DNA of 64,000 bases from Azolla caroliniana (Eukaryota > Plantae > Polypodiophyta), in NCBI GenBank assembly GCA_043228905.1, contig JBHGNT010000003.1, positions 17,732,001 to 17,796,000 on the forward strand, read 5' to 3'. This document shows positions 36,191 to 47,328 of this stretch, one piece after another. Every line of letters starts with the position of its first letter. The first letter of the stretch is position 1. The notes under the pieces were generated by a model. The model worked only from the letters and a program-made list of their open reading frames with translations. It was not told the DNA's origin and made no database searches. Made by a program: the position numbers and the translations under genes.

Positions 36191-39100
36191 TGTTGTCCGC
36201 CGGAATTGTAACCGCCGGACATAACACATGAAAAATAGAGTATTATATTAGGAGAGTTAATGCAAATAGGCTTTAGGTGTTCTCTTACATTTATATTTAC
36301 AACATGCTAACATTACGCTAGCTCTTTACAATGGTCTCTCACCCCTTATAGACACAGGGCTTCTAATCGGTTACACTCCCTGTGTAAAACTATTACACAC
36401 GTTGTCGTGAATATTTTCGGCAACGGTGTGAAAATCGCGTGGAATTGAGAAGGTGTAATGTGCACACGAATGAAAGGGGTGATGTTTACACTCATAGAGT
36501 TTATCTTCTCTAATATTGGTATTCTGTCTATTGGTCTATTGGTCTCCTATTTCCATTTCTCGTTCTTTGTACAAGACTGTGTTGCAGTAACAAGGTAAGT
36601 ACGTGTTGGGTGCTACGCCCCTATGGAGGTTAGGTTGTAGCCGTCTTCCCCTTACGCCTTACAAATCACGCACTATGCATCCCTATTCCCTTGGACCACG
36701 ATCACCTTGTAAGCTACCCCGAACGACTGAGGGTGGACTGTGTAAGCTGATTCCAATGGACAGGGCCGTACTAGATAACTAGGGTGGAAAATGAGACCTT
36801 TCAGTTAGGTACCCTCGCCGGAGAAGTATTACGCCAAAAAGTGAATGGATTCCGATTGAAGCCTTACCTAGGATCTACGCCCCCAAACCCGTTTCACGTC
36901 ATAACAGACATGGTGGATAAATCCCACACTAAACAGTAGCCGGGACCCATGAGTAACAAATGTAACAGTAATATTGTACTAGTAGTCGTTGGAAAAAGAA
37001 AAGGAAAAAAGGAAAAAAGAAAAGAGAAGATATTCACAACTATTAAAAGGACTTTATGCATGCACAAATACCAAAAACAAGAACACGCATCGCCACGATG
37101 TCACACAGACCTATGAACCCTAAGGCACAAAACGAAGGAAACAAAAGGTTTTCTATACATTACAGAAAACAGCCTCCAACGTTCTATTCTCCTCGCTCTC
37201 CTCGCGCTCCTCGTTCTCCTCGCTCTCCTGCATACCACAAGCACAACGCACAACGCAACTTACGTGCTTCACCTGTTGAGTACTCTCCGAACAAACCTTG
37301 TCCACCCACGATGTTGATCACCATCTCGGTAGCTTTACACAGGTGGCTCTTGGAAAAGGGGTTTGAGGGGTACATCCGGGTAGCAGAAGCACCACCGCAC
37401 CTCGATGCCCAAGACATTGCCAAGAAGCTCAACATCAACATAGTGACGAATGCTAGTATCTGGAAGAAGTTGTCTATCTACAATGGCCGAGAAGCACTTC
37501 GAAATTCGTCCATCCAACGAATTGGAGAAGTATTTTGGACAATATTCGACATCTGCCAAGGCATACAGAACAATGAAAATCCCGAATCCATTTTTTTGGG
37601 AGATTGCAAAGTTCCCGCTGGAAGTCGGATGCGTACATGTTAAGGCCTACGGAATGCCAAAACAAAAGGCAGGCATTATCATCGACACATTCGAAGGTCA
37701 CACAGTACATTGGGGAGTAATTACGGGAACAGTGATGCAAGAGGAACTTCACACATACCAAGCCGGGAAAAACCTAAGGCTGATCATTCAACAGTACCTT
37801 ACGATACTGTTTCCACCGCACGGAGTCCCCACCCCGCCGACTAACAAACCTACGCCCCCGCCACGATCTGCGAAGCGGCGGCTTGCAGAATTGGCAACCA
37901 TAGAATGGGAAGAAGAACCACAGCCTCCCCAGTTCATCGTGGAACCAACGCAGCCAGGACAACCAACAGAGACCGTCGAAGCACCAACAACAATGGGTGA
38001 GCAGGAACCGGAACGCAACCGCGGACGCCCAAAGCCTAAACGTCGTAGGGTAGATTAGAAGGATGGGCGTGGACTGGTAAAAGATAAAACCGGAACAGTC
38101 GAAACTTCCACCCCCACGGAACCCGCAACCACATTCGAGATAATCTGTGAGCCACAACCAATCATTACGGCTCAGTCTCAACGTGGCAAAGGAGTGTTCA
38201 CAACAGAAAGCAAAGTCCTGAAATATCCGGACATTCCGGATACGGCCCATGAGTTCAGTGCACTATTGCAGTTTGCAACGACATACGAACTAATGGAATT
38301 CTTGGCGACATAGCAGATCAAGGTGCCCTAGAGAATGGCTGAGGAGCACGCTAAACACCAAATGATTGAGCGTGCACTGACAAGTACAATGGAAAGCAAA
38401 GATGAGGGCCTCTTGCCAAGGTGGGCAAGGAGCGTAACGTGGGAATTCGTCGTATGGGAATCGAATTACCTCCATTAATGGACAATGTACGCGTCCTCCT
38501 TCAAACAAATCGTGAGCAGTTTACAACGCAATTAAAAGTAGCATTGGACAAAGGATGGGCGGCGTGGACTACGCAAGCAGCGGAATTGCACACCTACCGG
38601 GCCGACTGGGAGAACCACCACAAAGAGGGCAGAGGCTTCTACAAGCTAAATGAGGACAACATTGCAGCGGTACGAGAGGAGCTCACCCAGGATTATCAAA
38701 CGCTAGCTGACTAGCACTCCAAAGAACTCACGCAACTGCTAGAAGATTTTGGGGAAAGTCAGGAAGATTTTGGGGAAAGTCAGGAAACTCACGCAACTGC
38801 TAATGGAGCTCGGCAGCAAGAGCCAGAGGGCGGAAGCAATAACAGTACCAGACAACGACTCGGTCGGGCAAAACGAGCCCCAGCCTAACCCAAATGACGC
38901 GCCTGAGGTAACAACTACATCAATCAACCATACGGACGATACGAGTAGAGAAGAGCAGCGCTTGGACGCCTGCCCATGCCAAGAAGAGCCATAGCCAGAG
39001 CCATAAGGAAATGCCCTGGATAGCGTACCAACCAAGCCCACCACGACGACACTGCGTAAAGAAGTCAATGCGGAGACCGATGCGCCAGCCAAGCAGGACA

Positions 39101-39788
39101 ACAAAGCACCTACGGACATCACGCCGTCTCCGGTGCATGGCGCACGAATGGAGCTGTGTGACGAGGACAACATGGAAACCGATGCACCAACCGAGCATAC
39201 CAACAAAGCACCTACGGACATCACGCCGCCTCCGGTGCATGGCCAACGAATGGAGCCAAACATCCTCGAAATTTTGGGCGACAAATAAGAAGCGGATGGG
39301 TTCGACTTGCCATGGAACTGTCCCACAGGCATGCCATGTGTTGTCTGCCGAAATTGTAACCACCAAACATAACGCATGAAAAATAGAGTATTATATTAGG
39401 AGCGTTAATGTAACGCCTGTAACAGTTTTACGCATGGAATATAACCGATCAGAAGACCTATGTATATAAGGGGCGAGAGACCATTGTAAAGAGACATCGT
39501 ATTATGAGAGCGTCATTTTAATAGAGTTTATCTTCTCTGATCTTGGTATTCTTTCTATTGGTCTATTGGTGTCTTGTTTCCATTTCTCGTTCTCTGTACA
39601 AGACTGTGTTGCAATAAACACAAGGTAAGTACGCATTGGGTGCTACGCCCCTATGGAGGTTAGGTTGTAGCCGTCTTCCCCTTACACCTTAGAAATCACG
39701 TACTATGCATCCCTATTCCCTTGCACCACGATCACCTTGTAAGCTACCCCGAAGGACTGAGGGTGGATTGTGTTCCTAACTGGTAACA
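36191..39788 (+). mobile_element. internally deleted gypsy non-chromovirus J (Athila/Tat-like integrase tail + extra ORF)
   Basis: Perfect TSD CCAGG; LTR copies 36191-~36742 (3' end lost) and 39339-39788 (TGTTGTC...GTAACA); integrase C-terminus WTGPY...VNGFRLKPY at ~36754-36873. Confidence 0.85.
37056..39300 (+). pseudogene. extra (non gag-pol) ORF of J, unknown function, frameshifted
   Basis: Overlapping ORFs 37056-37643, 37450-38058, 38421-38714 and 38749-38994, located between the integrase end and the 3' LTR. Confidence 0.65.
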
Positions 39789-39989
39789 CCAGGTTATTGG
39801 TCGTTCCCATTTCCTCTTCAACGAGAACCATGTCAACGGTTGCTCCAATAGAAACAACATCGATAGTTAGTTCCGTGTCGGCCTTGGAAACAGTTCCGAC
39901 TGTTGCTTGGGTAAGTGATACAATGTTGATTGCATCCATTTCTAATTCTAAGGACATGCGGTCATGTCCACTCTAGATACTACTCTATG

Positions 39990-42700
39990 TACTAGTTCTT
40001 TTCCATCAAAATACAACGATTTCTCTGATGTATTTGAGAAGAAAAATCTTGATCGCCTGCCTGAAACATTGCCCATACGATTTTCCAATTGACTTGAAAG
40101 ATGGTGCTTGTCGTCCATTTGGCCCTATCTATTGGTTATCTAAACTTGAACTCAAGACCCTCAAAATATACATTGAAGAGAATCTAGCAAAGGGATTCAT
40201 TCGCCACTCAAAATCTCTAGTTGGCTCTCCTATTTTATTTGTCAACAAGAAAGTTGGAACGTTACACCTATGTATCGACTATCGCGGGCTCAATCGAGTC
40301 ACCGCTCGAAACTACTATCCACTACCTCTAATCCTCGAACTCCTCGACCGACTTCAGGTTGGGCGTATATTCTCCAAACTCGATCTCAGAGGCGCCTACA
40401 ACTTGGTGCGTATCAAGGCTCGAGATGAGTGGAAAACAACATTTCAAACCAAGTATGGCCATTTTGAATACATGGTAATGCCATTTGGTCTCACAATTGC
40501 TCCTGCCGTTTTCCAACATATGATGTATGACATCTTCTGAGAATATCTAGAACAATTTGTGGTCATCTATCTCGATGACATACTTATCTTCTCATAGGAC
40601 TACATAGAGCACACCAAGGACGCTCGACTTATCTTGTCCAAACTTTGGGAACATGGACTTTATGCGAAACTCGAGAAGTGTGAGTTTGATAGAACCTCAG
40701 TTGAATTCCTCGGGTATGTCATTTCATCAAATGGTCTCACTATTGATGAGAACAAAGTCGAAACGGTTCAAGAGTGGGAAGTCCCCACCAGTGTCAAGGA
40801 TGTGCAATCATTTTTGGGTTTTGCCAACTTTTATCGTCGATTCATTCAAGGATTCTCTACATTGGCTCAACCATTTATAACACTCACTTGGAAGGATTCC
40901 CCTTTTTGTTGGACTCCTACAACCCAACAAGCATTCGATACACTAAAGAAAGCTTTTACCGCAGCTCCGATACTTCTACACCCAGATCTGACCAAACCAT
41001 TTACGATCGAAACTGATGCCGCTAACTTGGCCATTGGTACCATTCTCTCTCAATCAGATAAAAATGGGATTCTTCATCCTGTTGTCTTTTATTCTCAGAA
41101 GTTCACACGTCCCGAGATCAACTACCCAGTTTATGACAAAGAACTCCCTGCCATTATTGCAGCCTTTGAAGAATGGCTTCCTTACTTAGAAGGTGCCCAA
41201 CACCATGTCTAGGTGGTGACCGATCACAAGAACCTCGTCTACTTCACCACTACTCACATTTTGAACCGGAGGCAAGCGTGATGGTTGAGCTTCCTAGCTG
41301 ACTACGACTTTGAAATTGTTTTTCATCTCGATGCCCAACATGGTAAAGCCGATGCCCTATCTTGACGTTCAGAATTCAAAATCCGACTAGGAGATGAGAC
41401 CTCCAATCAACAATCACGTTGTTTCCTACAACCACATTAGATTTACTCTTTGCAGCTTATATGGGTGCGGATGAATCATTACTCAATGCAATAGCCATAG
41501 ATACTGCCACCGACAAATTTGCAAAAGAAATTAAGGAGAATCGAGTCAACAAATCAACCGTAAAGGAGGTACAGAATGGTCAAGACCAATTTATGTTTCG
41601 AGATGGTTTTCTTTTTCGGAACAACTTAATGCATGACCCAGATGGTCTGTGTCATATATGTATCATGAAGGAATGCCATGATGACGCCCTAGCTGGACAT
41701 TTTGGCAATGCAAAAACTTTGGAGTTAATCTCTAGAAGTTATTGGGGGCCACAACCTTGGAAACTTGTTAAACAATTTGTAAAAACATGTGATACATGTG
41801 CCCGTGCCAAAGCAGTACATCATCATCCCTACAATCTACTTCAACCTTTGCCAATTCCTAGTAGGCCATGGGCCTCCATCTTGACGGATTTTATCACCGA
41901 CCTTCCCAACATTGAGGGATTCAATTCAGTATTGGTGGTGGTGGATAGATTCACAAAGATGGCAAATTTTATTCCATGTTCTAAAGCAATTTCAAGGATG
42001 GAAACAACAGATCTATTGTTAACAAATATTGTGCGCCTTCATGGTTTCCCGGATGACATTATCTCTGATCCTAGTCCCCAATTTATGTCTCATTTTTGGA
42101 AGCACCTCTTCTAGATTCTTAGAACTTCCACAAAATTTTTGATAGCCTTCCATCCTAAGATAGACGGCCAAACGGAACGAGTAAATCAGATCCTAGAGCA
42201 ATATCTCCAATGTATGATAAGTTATCAACAAGATGATTGGATCAAATTTCTTCCAATGGCTGAGTTCACCTACAAAAATACACTCCACGCATCAACTAGT
42301 GTAACATCCTTCTTCGCAAATTATTCCGACAACTTGCCCATGCAACAAACTTGATTACAAAAAGTTGGGTCCATTCCACATCATTAATAAAGTCAACCTT
42401 GTGGCTTTCGGTCTTGCTCTTCCATCACATTACCGAATTCACAATGTCTTCCATGCATCACTTCTTGAGCTCTATCATCCATCCTCAATTCCAAGAAGAA
42501 GCATTGAGCCACCTCCCCCTGTGGCTTTGGTGATCGGGGATGAGTATGAACTCGAGACCATTCTGGACTCGTGGAAGAGCTGACGTAAGCTCCAGTATCT
42601 TGTATTATAGAAAGGACCCCATTAGAAATTTACTAAATGCCCCGGAAGTGGTTCATGATTTTGATCTCCAATGTCCTTAAAAACCCGCACCTTCTTGAAG
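39990..42700 (+). pseudogene. pol: G pol (RT, RNase H, integrase, chromodomain remnant)
   Basis: [57 protein letters not shown] and GPF motifs. Confidence 0.93.
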
Positions 42701-42818
42701 TCGGCACTTAAGGGGAGGAAAATGTCATGAACATCGACTCGAATGTGAACCTTAGGCCCTTGTATATATATATTTCTCCGAGACTTACTTTAGACTTCAA
42801 ACCTTTGTATAAGGAGTG

Positions 42819-42930
42819 GTATGTAAGACTCAATATGTAAGACCTAGTATGTAAGACTTAGTATGTAGGACTCAGTATGTAAGACTTGGCATGCAAGAAT
42901 TAGTATGCTTGATATTATTATGTAAGACTT
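42819..42930. repeat. 14-15 bp tandem repeats (AGTATGTAAGACT) in G LTR U3
   Basis: 5-6 copies here and fewer at 11310-11352. Confidence 0.85.
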
Positions 42931-43634
42931 GGCATGAGCATGCTTATCATGCATCACTACATGTATAAAAAGGGCTAATTTCCCTTGTTAATATCAAGGA
43001 GATCAACATCAGTCATGGAATATATATTTTTACTCACTGTCATCAACTTCTCGATCTCCCTATCTCATCAACTTCCCCATCTCTTTATCTCCAATTGTTC
43101 ATCTGTGACAACAAGAAGCATCAGACAGTGGCTCTTTCAAGCCTTGAGGCTGAGTGTCGGGGTGCTACCATCGTTACCTTTGAAGGACAAACCCGACCGA
43201 AACAAGAATGCCAAGACCCAGAGTTGGTTTGATGTGGTGAAGGGCCTATCGATTCAAGATGAATCGGAGACAACCAATTCGGACAAGAGCTAAAATGAAT
43301 AAGATGCAACTGATTTAGAAGAAGAGTTTGATTCAAGGAGCCAAATAAACTAAAGGCCAAACGGACAAGAAGACAGCAAAAGTCGATGCTGACACGAAGG
43401 AACCGATTGGTCGAGAAGCACCGAAGTTGCAGCAGTGAAGGAGTTGAGATTGGCCTTTTGATCAAACGAGCCGATCGAGAAGGTCGAGGTGTGTAGAACT
43501 GGACGGGTCGTGGAAAGCGGGATTGGACAGGTGAAGGAGCGCGAGCGAGGCATAAAGATGTCAGGAGGAGCCGGAGGAAAGAACTAGTAGACACTGACAC
43601 CATGATCCGACCTCAAGTTGACCTTGAGGGGGAG

Positions 43635-44013
43635 TGTTGAGTGGACAAGGTCAACATGATCCGGATTGGATGAATAAGCCAAGAGCCGTATCGGTGTCCG
43701 AAATTGAGTGTAATGAGTAGGCCATTAGAGGCCTATGATCCTAGCCTAATACGTAGGCATATTTCTAAGAGATAGTGTCAATAGCTTGGTACGAGCATTG
43801 AGGCACATGTCAGTACTTCTGTCAATCCTTTTAAGGACTTGTATAAAAGTGTTCACTGAGCACATGGTATGTACAAAGAGTTTATTATTTTGAAATAGAG
43901 GTTTTGTTGTTTGTTCTCTCGGTCTCTTTCTTACACCTACTCTATGTATTCTATTCTCTGTGTTTTCTATTGCTATCCGACAGAGCCGGTTTAGGTCTAT
44001 TTAACTTCCGCAT
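43635..44013 (+). repeat. 3' LTR of copia A (terminal ~13 bp lost)
   Basis: TGTTGAGTGGACAAG start after the PPT; aligns with K LTRs up to CTTCCGCAT. Confidence 0.85.
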
Positions 44014-44083
44014 GTTCATCTTTTTAAAGAGCAACAAGGGAGGGCAGAGATATAAGGAAAATACTTCATCACAATGATGTCTA

Positions 44084-44751
44084 TGTCATGAACAGGATGA
44101 TGCTAGGAAGAGACAACACGGTGTCGTGCCTTTCGGCTCCGGATCATTGTGTGAATCGGGTGGGAACCACTGAGGTTTTGGACTAGGACAAAGAAGAATA
44201 TGAGATAAGGCTAGGAATGAATAGGTAGAAAGAGAAGTAAGTAATAAAACTTGTGAATCCCACGTGTTTAGTGTATTCAATCAATATTTAGATTGTAAGA
44301 AAGAGAATTTTGATGATAAACTCGTGAATCCCACGAATATATTAGATTGATCAGTTCTTGTAAAATAATCAACAACACCATACATCTTTCTCTCCTCCTT
44401 ATATAAGGATGGAAGAGGCTAAGCATAGCTTCATGGTTTTTCTAAAGTGTTCATGCACACTAAATGTGCATGACTTGCTTTTTACACTATGCTTTTATTT
44501 CCTAAATATAGTGCTCATGCTCGCTAGATGTGCACGAGTGATTTTTTATTGGTGTACATTTTTCTTATAAAAAAAGTATTCACGCATTCTAAAAATGCAT
44601 GACTTACCTTTTAATAAAGGTAGGCGTAAATAAAGGTCTTATACATATTAAATCTATATTAACAATACTTAGGATAAGTTAGTACAATGGTAAGGTTGGG
44701 GTTTATCTACGTGGAGGTATAGGGTTTGAATCTTGCCCTATGCATGTGACA
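44084..44751 (-). mobile_element. solo LTR (gypsy) carrying a tRNA-like module
   Basis: TGTCATG...TGTGACA inverted termini; TATATAA near 44400; A box TAGTACAATGG at 44680-44690 and B-box-like GGTTTGAATCT at 44723-44733; TSD weak (GTCTA/ATCTT). Confidence 0.65.
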
Positions 44752-44790
44752 ATCTTTTCTTCTATTTATAAATTTGTCTCTTCATCCGGT

Positions 44791-45690
44791 GAAAGAAAGA
44801 AAGATATATTAACATCTTCTAAGGCCAAATTTGGCCCATGAGACAATTGGGTTACAACAAAAATGAGTGTTTATCCAATCATCAAAACTAAAATAAAAGA
44901 AAATAGCTTAAGCTAAGAAAGTTCTAATAGTGTACAAAACTTTGCACTAAGCCTAATCTCATTTCCACCCAAGTCTCTCAAAAAGAAGTGGGAGGTCAAA
45001 AGTTTTTGGTGTGGGTGTGACCCATGGTCCCAATGCATAGAGTGCCCTAGCCATGGCTTCTAGGCAGTGTAGTTCACGTTCCCTTATTTTCTTTATTGCT
45101 TCTCCATCTCGTCGAGTTGCTTTGAAACCCGTCATCTAAGGGCGTTTGGTTCTTCTTTGATTTTCTGCTTTATCAAGGAAAAGCCCGAGTGGTGCAGGTG
45201 TGTCGACATTCATTGTCTCCCCCTGTTCCTGAAAAACTTCATTTGTTACATGTTGGTAAACATTAGCAACATTATTATCAACATTTTGTAACTTATTCTC
45301 TTTGTGTTGTTTCAATTCTAAGATGTATCTACCTAATTTCTTTATATCTAGTGTATCTAATAGTTTAGGGAGGGTGGGAGAGGAACCAAGTATGTCCTGG
45401 TATTTTGCCCTTATCTCGGCATAGGTGGGGCATTTGCATGTAAAATGGTACTCATCCTCTATCTCTATTTGGCATAACCTACATATCCTTTCCTCCGTAG
45501 GGACTCCATTAGTACGTCCATTCTCAATCTCAAGTTGGTGAGATGATATTCTAAGTTGACCAATGGCAACCCTTAGTGCATGTGGTAAGAATACATCTAG
45601 ATATTTTGGGCGCGTGATAAAACCTAACTCAGAGAAGTGCATAAAGTGTTCCTTATAGTACAACATTTTAGATGGGAGTGGCTCTCCCAT
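44791..45690 (-). mobile_element. 5'-truncated non-LTR retrotransposon (RTEX/CR1-group-like) 3' end
   Basis: ORF 45136-45690 LRISSHQLEIENGR...RICRLC..EIEDEYHF..KCPTY, the C-terminal cysteine motif of such LINE ORF2 proteins; putative (CTTT)n tail at 44791-44803. Confidence 0.75.
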
Positions 45691-45799
45691 CGGCCTGCTT
45701 AATCCGGTTCTTACCGGGTCTCCTTACCGGGTCCTCCTTACCGGTTCCTCGTCCCATCCGGAGGAACCAAAATGCAATTTTCACGTAGTGTGCAAATTA

Positions 45800-46950
45800 C
45801 ACTACGACAACCGTCGGGTTGTGTAAAGCTATAGGGATGGTCTTTGGAATATCCATTCGGCTTAATCCAAAATTTTGTGCCATGCTCCTTACAAGCTTTT
45901 AAAGTCGAGTTGCGTATAAGAAACCTGAGTATGGGATTACCTAGCTTCGCATGTTTGAGAATGCTAAATCTCCATGCAAAGATAATTCAAATGCAATCAA
46001 AGTGCCACAATTGGAAGGAGTTTGAGAGAGGTTTGTGCATAGAGTACGACTCTTGAAGATGACAAAGAAAGACCTAATGGATCGGCAGAAGTTCCCCAGA
46101 AAAGGGAGTAGTACCCAAAGTACATCAAAAGTTCAAGAAGTAGTTTGGGCATCTCTCAAAACTTGATATGAGCAGATTCCTATTAATCCTCAAGGTAGTG
46201 GATACTCAAGATAGGGAGAAAGTTGCCCTCCTACAGGAAAATTAAATAAATATGGGTTCATAATGGATTGGCCCACGGTAAAACAATTATGTTTAGTCTC
46301 TTCAAATTTTGGTGGTAGTGGTATGATGGAGCTTCATTAAGTAGCCAAGCTTCGATAGAAAAAGGATCTTATTACAGAGAGCACATTGGAACAATGGAAA
46401 GGTAGGATCAAGCAAACACAAGGTTGGGGCAAACAATGATTTTGGTGGAAGGAGAGGCTAGAGGTTCAACAAAAGATGAACTCATAAAAATGGTGAGAGA
46501 CATGTCTAAATACAGTTGAAGCTCGAGTCTGTGGAAACTGGCCAACATGTCTTCATGCAAAAGATATCCTCTCACTTCATCATATTGGGAGAGCCATATA
46601 TTACGATGGCTCATATAGAGACAAATGTGAACTAGACAACGGGTTAGCATACCTTAGGCTAAAGAGCCAAGATGGAAAGAGTGTGGTCCAATTCCTAACA
46701 ATCAAGCCAAATCACAAGAGTGATAGTGACTCCCTCAAAGGCGATTGACATGAGGATTTTTTATGGATGTTATAAATTGTGGGATTGTAATAGCTAATAG
46801 CATGTTAAATACCCAAAATCTTGTAATAGAATTAGTACCCCTAAAATAGCGAAAAAAGAAATGTTGGTTCTCCAAAAATGGGGCTTGTAAGTGCTCTCAA
46901 GTAGGATATGAATGTAAGATTGGGGTAAAGAGTTTTGAAAGGTATCAATG
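45800..46950 (+). pseudogene. ancient fossil of an I-like gypsy gag
   Basis: AIGMVFG, AFKVELRIRNL and HNWKEFERGLCIEY align with I Gag AIETVFG, SYRAEMVMRDI and RTWEEFEGPLLEKY. Confidence 0.6.
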
Positions 46951-46958
46951 TAGGCATG

Positions 46959-47259
46959 CCATTAGGACCTATATTCCGCGTAGGAATAGTTTAGGTGTCA
47001 ATGTAAGTGGGTCATTTATAAGCATTGAAGTACTTGACAGTACTTCTGTCAGTCCTTTTGATGACTTGTATAAATTGTGCTCACTAAGCACATTGTATGT
47101 AATGAGAGTCCTTTTGATAATAGAAGTTTTTTGCTGTCTGCACTCTCTCTCTCTCATACTGTGTGTCTCCATTCTCTGCGTATACCTAACTGTTATATTC
47201 CAGATAACCGATCGTGTGCTCTGTGCTTGCATAACGCTTCCCCATGTAATTCTTTTACA
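46959..47259 (+). repeat. 5'-truncated LTR of the copia A/K family
   Basis: GCCATTAG...AGCATTGAAGTACTTG.CAGTACTTCT...TGCTCACT.AGCACATTGTATGT...TTTTACA matches 60872-61122. Confidence 0.8.
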
Positions 47260-47328
47260 CAACCGATCCTAGCTTAAGGGACCCAAGAGGAATAGGGCAC
47301 CAAGTCACTTACAAAACGTGAGGGAAGT

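Larger units (their letters stand above)
11213..43110 (+). mobile_element. Ty3/gypsy chromovirus G (Tf1/Tcn1-like), near full length
   Basis: 5' LTR split into 11213-11376 and 34294-34490; 3' LTR 42723-43110 (TGTCATGA...GTGACA); TSD GCAAG/ACAAG; gag (LPEKFDGTR, NLCLYCGG), protease (ALLDSG), RT, RNase H, integrase, chromodomain remnant (EYELETILDS); PPT TTAAGGGGAGGAAAA. Confidence 0.92.
1..44013 (+). mobile_element. Ty1/copia element A (outermost host, fragmented, 5' end outside window; same family as F and K, tentatively Bryco-like)
   Basis: Collinear pieces: gag/zinc knuckle/protease 1-1029 (CWCCGKKGHRESEC, WYVDSGASNHM); GAG-pre-int/integrase 1691-2474; RT/RNase H start 10207-11212 (LYVDDL); RNase H remnant and spacer 43111-43634; PPT TTGAGGGGGAG; 3' LTR from 43635. 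Many stops and frameshifts. Linking the pieces across the 2475 deletion is inferred. Confidence 0.85.

Noticed and set aside
36191-39788. DIRS/tyrosine-recombinase element suggested by the inverted segment
   Set aside because: It has a 5-bp TSD, TG...CA ends and a DDE-integrase GPY/F tail; no recombinase motif.
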